A DNA stretch of 49,849 nucleotides. Origin: Candidatus Caenarcanales bacterium. GTDB taxonomy: Bacteria > Cyanobacteriota > Vampirovibrionia > LMEP-6097. The position numbers were made by a program, and so were the translations under genes. This document shows, piece after piece, positions 44,968 to 49,849 of this stretch. Each line of letters opens with the position of its first letter. Within the stretch, counting starts at the first letter, position 1. The notes below the pieces were generated by a model that saw nothing but the letters and a program-made list of their open reading frames with translations, made no database searches and was not told the origin of the DNA. The stretch is from the NCBI GenBank assembly GCA_947459525.1, contig CANHDW010000003.1, forward strand, positions 1 through 49,849. The letters are read 5' to 3'.

Positions 44968-46595
44968 TGCGAGCGATAGAGATTTACGATACTACACTTA
45001 GAGACGGTGCACAGATGCGGGGTATCTCTTTTAGCGTGAATGATAAGCTCAAAGTGCTGAGGCTATTAGATGATATCGGTGTCGCTTTCGTGGAGGGTGG
45101 TTGGCCTGGAGCGAATCCGAAGGATATAGATTTTTTTACTGAAGCGAAAAAGATTAACCTGAAAACCACTCAGCTAGTAGCTTTTGGCAGTACTCGCAAG
45201 GCTAATACTAAGGTGGAGTCAGATCCTATATTAGCTGCTCTTTTGCGAGCGGAAACTGAAGTGATTTGTATAGTCGGGAAAAGCTCTGCCCCGCAGGTTA
45301 CCAATACTTTAAAGATTTCCTTAGGCAAGAATTTAGATATGCTAGCTGAAAGTATATCTTTCCTGAAATCAGAAGGACGCCGAGTGATAATAGATGCCGA
45401 GCATTTCTTTGATGGTTATGCGGCTGATTCTGATTATTCACTTAAGTTTGCTAAAATTGCGGTGGAGGCTGGGGCTGAGACATTAGTTCTCTGTGATACT
45501 AATGGTGGTAGTCTGCCCGAGCAGGTTTTTAAAATTACTAAAGAGATTATTGAGGCTTATGATAAAAAGCTTAAAATCGGTATACATGCACATAATGACT
45601 GTGAACTTGCGGTAGCTAACAGCATTAGAGCAGTGAGAGCTGGTGCTACTCAAGTACAGGGAACTATTAATGGATATGGAGAACGCTGTGGTAATGCGAA
45701 TCTGATCTCTATAATTCCTAATTTAGAGCTTAAGTATAATGAAGAGAAATTAAAGTGTTTACCGAAGGATAAGCTAAAACATTTGAGCAGCCTATCCCAT
45801 GCTGTCGCTGAAATTGCTAATCAGCACCATAATGCTCATCAGCCTTTCGTGGGAGCTAGTTCCTTTGCTCATAAGGCTGGTCTGCATGCTAGTGCAATGA
45901 AGAAGCAGGATTTTAGTTATGAACACATAGACCCTGTTCTAGTCGGTAATGCGACTAAGATTATTATCTCAGAGCAGTCTGGGGTGAGTAATATACTAGA
46001 TTGGCTACAGAAGAAAAAGCTTTCTCCGAAGGCGAGTGATGAGATTATTGGGGAATTCGCTAAAACTGTTTTAGAGAGAGTGAAGAAGCTGGAGCACAAG
46101 GGATATAGCTTTGAGAATGCTGATGCGAGCTTAGAGTTAATGGTACGCAAGTTGATAGATGTAGAAGAGTCTGCTGAAACTAAACTCAAGGCTTATAAGC
46201 CTTACTTTAAGCTAGTGGAGCATAATGTATATATTTCAAATGGCGAGAAGACAGAGGCTACTGTGCGAATCCAAATAGCAGGTGAGGAAATTCACTCTGC
46301 AAGCGTGGGTAATGGTCCTGCTAATGCCTTAGATAAGGCTCTCAGAAAAGCTTTAGTAAGCTTCTATCCTAAGATAGAAGAGTTTCAGCTATTAGATTAT
46401 AAAGTAAGGATTCAGGATAGTTCACTTGGAACGGCGGCCCTGACTAAGGTTCAGGTTAATACTGGAAATTTGGCTGAGGATTGGGATACTATCGGAGTTA
46501 GCACTAATATTATCAAAGCCTCTTGGGATGCGATTGTTGACAGTATTGAATATGGCTTGATCAAGTATGGCGTTAAACCCGTTGAATTAGCTTAG
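44967..46595 (+). CDS. cimA: citramalate synthase
   Basis: YDTTLRDGAQ, GGWPGANPKD, DAEHFFDG, HAHND and GYSFENADAS motifs. Confidence 0.9.
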   Translation: MRAIEIYDTTLRDGAQMRGISFSVNDKLKVLRLLDDIGVAFVEGGWPGANPKDIDFFTEAKKINLKTTQLVAFGSTRKANTKVESDPILAALLRAETEVICIVGKSSAPQVTNTLKISLGKNLDMLAESISFLKSEGRRVIIDAEHFFDGYAADSDYSLKFAKIAVEAGAETLVLCDTNGGSLPEQVFKITKEIIEAYDKKLKIGIHAHNDCELAVANSIRAVRAGATQVQGTINGYGERCGNANLISIIPNLELKYNEEKLKCLPKDKLKHLSSLSHAVAEIANQHHNAHQPFVGASSFAHKAGLHASAMKKQDFSYEHIDPVLVGNATKIIISEQSGVSNILDWLQKKKLSPKASDEIIGEFAKTVLERVKKLEHKGYSFENADASLELMVRKLIDVEESAETKLKAYKPYFKLVEHNVYISNGEKTEATVRIQIAGEEIHSASVGNGPANALDKALRKALVSFYPKIEEFQLLDYKVRIQDSSLGTAALTKVQVNTGNLAEDWDTIGVSTNIIKASWDAIVDSIEYGLIKYGVKPVELA

Positions 46596-46652
46596 AGGGC
46601 TGCTTGCAATCTTTAAGGTACTTGTTGTCGAACTTTAAGCTCTGCATTTCTT
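46596..46652 (-). repeat. degenerate MITE end remnants after cimA
   Basis: AGGGCTGCTTGCAA and GTTGTCGAACTTTAAGCTCTGCATT resemble GCTGCCGAACTCCAAGTTCTGCGT. Confidence 0.45.
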
Positions 46653-46781
46653 AAAAAATTTTCATAAAAGATAATACCGTATGAAGGACTTTTAACTTTG
46701 TAATTACTAAATAGGGTTTATACTACTTCTTGTAAGCGTTTGATTGATTTAAAAAAAATTAGTTAAACGTGACTTCCTCAC

Positions 46782-46850
46782 ACTTTTCCAAGTTTATGTA
46801 TTAAATTTGGTTGGCAAGTCCTTAAAACACCTGAAATATTTTGAGGTGTT
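46782..46850 (+). ncRNA. putative structured leader RNA, copy 1, with SD-sequestering hairpin
   Basis: TTCCAAGTTT-ATGTATT-AAATTTGG-TTGGCAAGTC-CTTAAAA followed by the AACACCT/AGGTGTT stem. Confidence 0.55.
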
Positions 46851-46852
46851 GA

Positions 46853-47038
46853 ATGAGTCCATTTGTTTCTATTTTTGCGGCTGGTGCTTTAGGTCTTATG
46901 GGAGCTATGAGATCAGCTTCTTCTAATTTAAAGAGAAGTCATAATCCCCAACAAGATGAGCTTCCATTGGGCAATCAGCCTTCCCCGCGTTCACTGGCTT
47001 CATCTATATCGCAGTCCGCTGTATTGCGGCCAGCTTAA
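46853..47038 (+). CDS. small protein with a hydrophobic N-terminus (61 aa)
   Basis: GAGGTG SD; N-terminus resembles the ORF at 47632. Confidence 0.6.
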   Translation: MSPFVSIFAAGALGLMGAMRSASSNLKRSHNPQQDELPLGNQPSPRSLASSISQSAVLRPA

Positions 47039-47099
47039 ACCTAAATAAACTAAACACAATTAACAAAGGCAAGAATGAAAATTTTTGCTTTTGTTTTTG

Positions 47100-47215
47100 G
47101 AGGCTGATGTATAGTGGGATTGCTTGTGAAAATATAAGTTCAAGGCAATGCTCGCAAGTGTGCAAGTTTAAGGCGGGGGGGCGAATGACCGCAAAATGTA
47201 GCAGGCTACTTGCCT
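47100..47215 (+). repeat. cluster of degenerate MITE left-half remnants
   Basis: GTGCAAGTTTAAGGC...GCGAATGACCGCA matches the element interior; a second AAGTTCAAGG lies just upstream. Confidence 0.7.
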
Positions 47216-47245
47216 CTTTAAAAGATTAAATTATCCTAAACTCAC

Positions 47246-47274
47246 TTGCCTAGCTGCATTAGAGGCTGTATAAT
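47246..47274 (+). promoter_or_regulatory. sigma70-type promoter
   Basis: TTGCCT-N17-TATAAT, about 10 nt before leader copy 2. Confidence 0.65.
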
Positions 47275-47283
47275 AATCCTTCT

Positions 47284-47390
47284 ATAACTTTCCATGTTTC
47301 TGTACCAAACATGGTTGACGCAAGTCTTAAAATGTTTAATTTTTAAACAGTAATTGAATAAAAATCTTCAAATGTGTGAGGAGAGGTTTT
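47284..47390 (+). ncRNA. putative structured leader RNA, copy 2
   Basis: CCATGTTT-CTGTACC-AAACATGG, GAC-GCAA-GTC, TGTTTAA/TTAAACA stem, TGTGTGAGGAG. Confidence 0.6.
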
Positions 47391-47505
47391 TTATTTTTAT
47401 TGTTTTCTTTTGAGGTTGATTTATACTGATCGAGGGAATCTTAAATAATTATAAACAATATAGTAATTATAAAGTCTCTGTAGTATTATAGTAAAAACCA
47501 AATTA

Positions 47506-47605
47506 ATAACTTTCCGTGTTTCTGTACCAAATCCGGTTGGCGAGAGTCGTAAAACTTTTAAAAATTAAAAACTATAAATCTTATTTACTGTGTGAGGAGG
47601 GATTT
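47506..47605 (+). ncRNA. putative structured leader RNA, copy 3
   Basis: CCGTGTTT-CTGTACC-AAATCCGG, GGC-GAGA-GTC, TGTGTGAGGAG. Confidence 0.6.
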
Positions 47606-47635
47606 ATGTTTATATCTGGGGAGGTTCTTTTATGA
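47606..47635 (+). other. candidate 9-codon uORF MFISGEVLL
   Basis: AGGAGG 5 nt before ATG; its stop overlaps the next start (ATGA). Confidence 0.4.
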
Positions 47636-47793
47636 ACCCTTTGCTTATTTCTACTTTTGCAGCGTTAGGTGTTTATTTTGGTGCTGCTAGGTTGGCTCAA
47701 TCGGCTGCTTCTACTAGTAGCAATCAAAGTGCTGGTCTTAATGCTGCTCTTAAAAATAATCGTAAGGCAGCAATGCAATTGTGTGCATATTAG
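47632..47793 (+). CDS. small protein with a hydrophobic N-terminus (53 aa, not in the ORF track)
   Basis: GGAGGT SD; MNPLLISTFAALGVYFGAARLAQSAASTSSNQSAGLNAALKNNRKAAMQLCAY. Confidence 0.65.
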   Translation: MNPLLISTFAALGVYFGAARLAQSAASTSSNQSAGLNAALKNNRKAAMQLCAY

Positions 47794-47804
47794 TTCCGTA
47801 TCAT

Positions 47805-49817
47805 TTAGCTAAAAGCTTGAGCTAATTGCTTTTCCTGAGCTCTGTTTCTCAGTTGGGTTGTTGCTACTATGTTGTTAGCAGAACTAGCCTGAATTTTCTC
47901 TTTGAGCGTATTCTTGAGATTAGCTGCTGATGCGATGTTGCTCGTGAGATTAGAGTAAATCTTGTTAGCTTCTTGTGATTTCCTGAACCAATCTGTGACA
48001 TTAAGTGGGGTTTTTAGAATGCTCTTCACGGCTAGGAGCAAGGTTTTCCCGATGCCAGTATCTTTATAGCTTGCTAAGTGATCTGGTAATTCCTTGGCGA
48101 AAACTTCTTCTTCTTTATCTTTGAATAATCCAGGTATATCCTTCGGAGTGCGTCCTGTTATTTTACTTGTGATTTGTTGAACAAGCCAGAATGGACTCGA
48201 TGCTGGGCTTAATTTTATTACAGCTGGATAAGTACCCACTGCGGCGTGGAAGTTTTTACCCCACCACATCCAGCCTTTTTTAAGGACGTTTATAAGTTCA
48301 GATAGCGGAGGTTTTATTAATGAATGAGAAACGAATTGAGTATCATTGTCAATGGCTCTCTTCTCTGATTTTGGCATAAAGCTCTGTACGAAAGGTGGAG
48401 CGATGAATTCCACAAGCATATTCAATAGAATAGACTTGGTGGCAGGGTTCAATACCTCGCCAGGTAGTAGATTCGATAAGCCTTTCATGAAATTCTGACA
48501 CATCGGCATTAGTAGTTTTTTCGGAATAATACTATGGAAAATGCCCATAAAGGATTCGCCTTTGCGAACTGCCGTGTGTGCGTAGCTGGTCATAGCGGAG
48601 TCTATGCGGTTTGCGTTACTGAGTATCATTGAGCTAAAGGCTTTTAGCGGAGTATTTGCATCTTGGAAGCCAGTCGCTTGAGCTTTTTTATCTAGTGTGA
48701 GTGCTGTTAAGCCAAGGCTGGCTAGGGATGTTATGCCGAAATGAATAGGGTTGAATTTTGCGAGTGATTTAATTTCTTCTTTTTTGCCATAAGAGTTTGT
48801 GGCATAGATGGTTTGACCTTCTGCATCTTTTAGTATTTCACCAGGTGTAATGCCAAGAAGGTATTTATTTACATTATTAACAAATGGATCAAGGACTTTT
48901 TTAAGATTAAAGCCCGCCTCTTCTTTGACTAATTCACCATTTCCTTTATTTATAATCTTAAATTTTTTTTCGCCATTTTCATCTTCCCCTCTTATCCACC
49001 CGATTAGTTTAGCTACACCAGTGTCTTTCATGGCTTCGATTATGAGTTGCTGCTCAGGACTCACGTCACCTCCATGGTTCGAAGAATTCGCGAGTATGTT
49101 ATTCTCAGCGGTAATAGTTCTTAAAATAAAGGTCAGTGGTCTTGCGACCATGTCACCAATAAGCGTATTAATTATTGGATATTTTTTAGCAAAATGAGGA
49201 AAAACTCGACGAAAAGTAGCTATAGATTGATCTACGCCGATGTCTGTGATTAGGCGTGATAGGAATGAGTCAGAGAAGGTCTTTTCAATATTATTGTTTA
49301 AAGCGTTATATTCTATACTATTTGGGTCAATTTTTGCGCTTTCAAGCTTTTTGATCTGCTGAAGAGTTGCTTCTCTTTCCGTCTCCGAAAGGTTGCCGGT
49401 TTCAAGAAGATTCTTTAATTCTTTACAGTGCTCATCTAAATTGTTGGATAGCTTGGTCGCGTCACCTTCTTGAATGATCGCATTTACTACTGCTTCTGCT
49501 GAGGAACTCGTTAATAAAGCATTAGTCCAAGATTTTAGAACACTTTCCCAGACTGAATAAATAAAGCTTTTGTTCCAATTTCGCTCGCCATAATAATTAT
49601 TAGCATGGTAGCCAGATATCGATTTATCGTAGATAGGCTCTTTATTTTTTTTGTTAATCTTATCAGACCTAGCAGAAGAGACTTCTCCCTTTAAACCTTG
49701 ATTAAAAGCTTTAGCGGCGTTAAAAATCGATCCAGTTGGCTCTGGGCTTGTTGCAGTATTTGGATTTATTCCTTGTTCTAGAAAGCTCTTGTTTGTACCT
49801 ATAGAAGTACTAACCAA
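47805..49817 (-). CDS. hypothetical protein (670 aa)
   Basis: long ORF with TTG start and GGAGG SD; Ser/Thr/Asn-rich termini and internal hydrophobic segments; no recognised family. Confidence 0.75.
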   Translation of the reverse strand: MVSTSIGTNKSFLEQGINPNTATSPEPTGSIFNAAKAFNQGLKGEVSSARSDKINKKNKEPIYDKSISGYHANNYYGERNWNKSFIYSVWESVLKSWTNALLTSSSAEAVVNAIIQEGDATKLSNNLDEHCKELKNLLETGNLSETEREATLQQIKKLESAKIDPNSIEYNALNNNIEKTFSDSFLSRLITDIGVDQSIATFRRVFPHFAKKYPIINTLIGDMVARPLTFILRTITAENNILANSSNHGGDVSPEQQLIIEAMKDTGVAKLIGWIRGEDENGEKKFKIINKGNGELVKEEAGFNLKKVLDPFVNNVNKYLLGITPGEILKDAEGQTIYATNSYGKKEEIKSLAKFNPIHFGITSLASLGLTALTLDKKAQATGFQDANTPLKAFSSMILSNANRIDSAMTSYAHTAVRKGESFMGIFHSIIPKKLLMPMCQNFMKGLSNLLPGEVLNPATKSILLNMLVEFIAPPFVQSFMPKSEKRAIDNDTQFVSHSLIKPPLSELINVLKKGWMWWGKNFHAAVGTYPAVIKLSPASSPFWLVQQITSKITGRTPKDIPGLFKDKEEEVFAKELPDHLASYKDTGIGKTLLLAVKSILKTPLNVTDWFRKSQEANKIYSNLTSNIASAANLKNTLKEKIQASSANNIVATTQLRNRAQEKQLAQAFS

Positions 49818-49849
49818 TCAGAGCCCTCCCTCGGAATGTTGGCGCTGAC

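Noticed and set aside
46782-47555. Leader repeats read as a CRISPR array or purine riboswitch (GTTTCTGTACC resembles GTTTCTACC)
   Set aside because: Spacing of about 220-500 bp is irregular and no cas genes are present; the purine riboswitch three-way junction and kissing loops are absent
1404-49197. Many short ORFs antisense to or inside confident genes (e.g. 3661-4149, 7599-7868, 17205-17495, 48850-49197)
   Set aside because: Shadow ORFs opposite motif-supported genes, with no independent evidence

Overview
AT-rich bacterial chromosome segment. A cyanobacterial-type RpaA and RpoZ, lpxC, the futalosine gene mqnA and the absence of photosynthesis genes suggest a non-photosynthetic relative of cyanobacteria (Melainabacteria/Vampirovibrionia-like; inference). 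Most of the window is housekeeping: lpxC, ruvX, bioF, rpsB-tsf, argJ, sppA, ald, a folK-rimI fusion, pilD, clcA, der, coaBC, rpoZ, adk, queA, nagZ, mqnA, nadE, lysA, cdaA, rpaA, cimA and two tRNAs. There is also a hipA-then-HTH toxin-antitoxin pair with visible operators and an IS30 scrap. Three things are not explained by routine annotation. (1) A family of 190-bp palindromic, stop-free MITE-like elements with 16-bp co-varying terminal inverted repeats and 5-bp target duplications. It occurs as full copies, 29-bp collapsed hairpins and in-frame peptide-coding remnants inside argJ, queA, mpaA and nagZ, analogous to Rickettsia palindromic elements. (2) A three-copy structured leader motif at 46.78-47.55 kb in front of paralogous small hydrophobic ORFs, with an SD-sequestering hairpin, a coupled uORF and an anti-SD complement. 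(3) Two tandem modular Ca-binding proteins that share an N-terminal domain and an upstream regulatory box. All calls were made by eye from motifs; no database searches were run.
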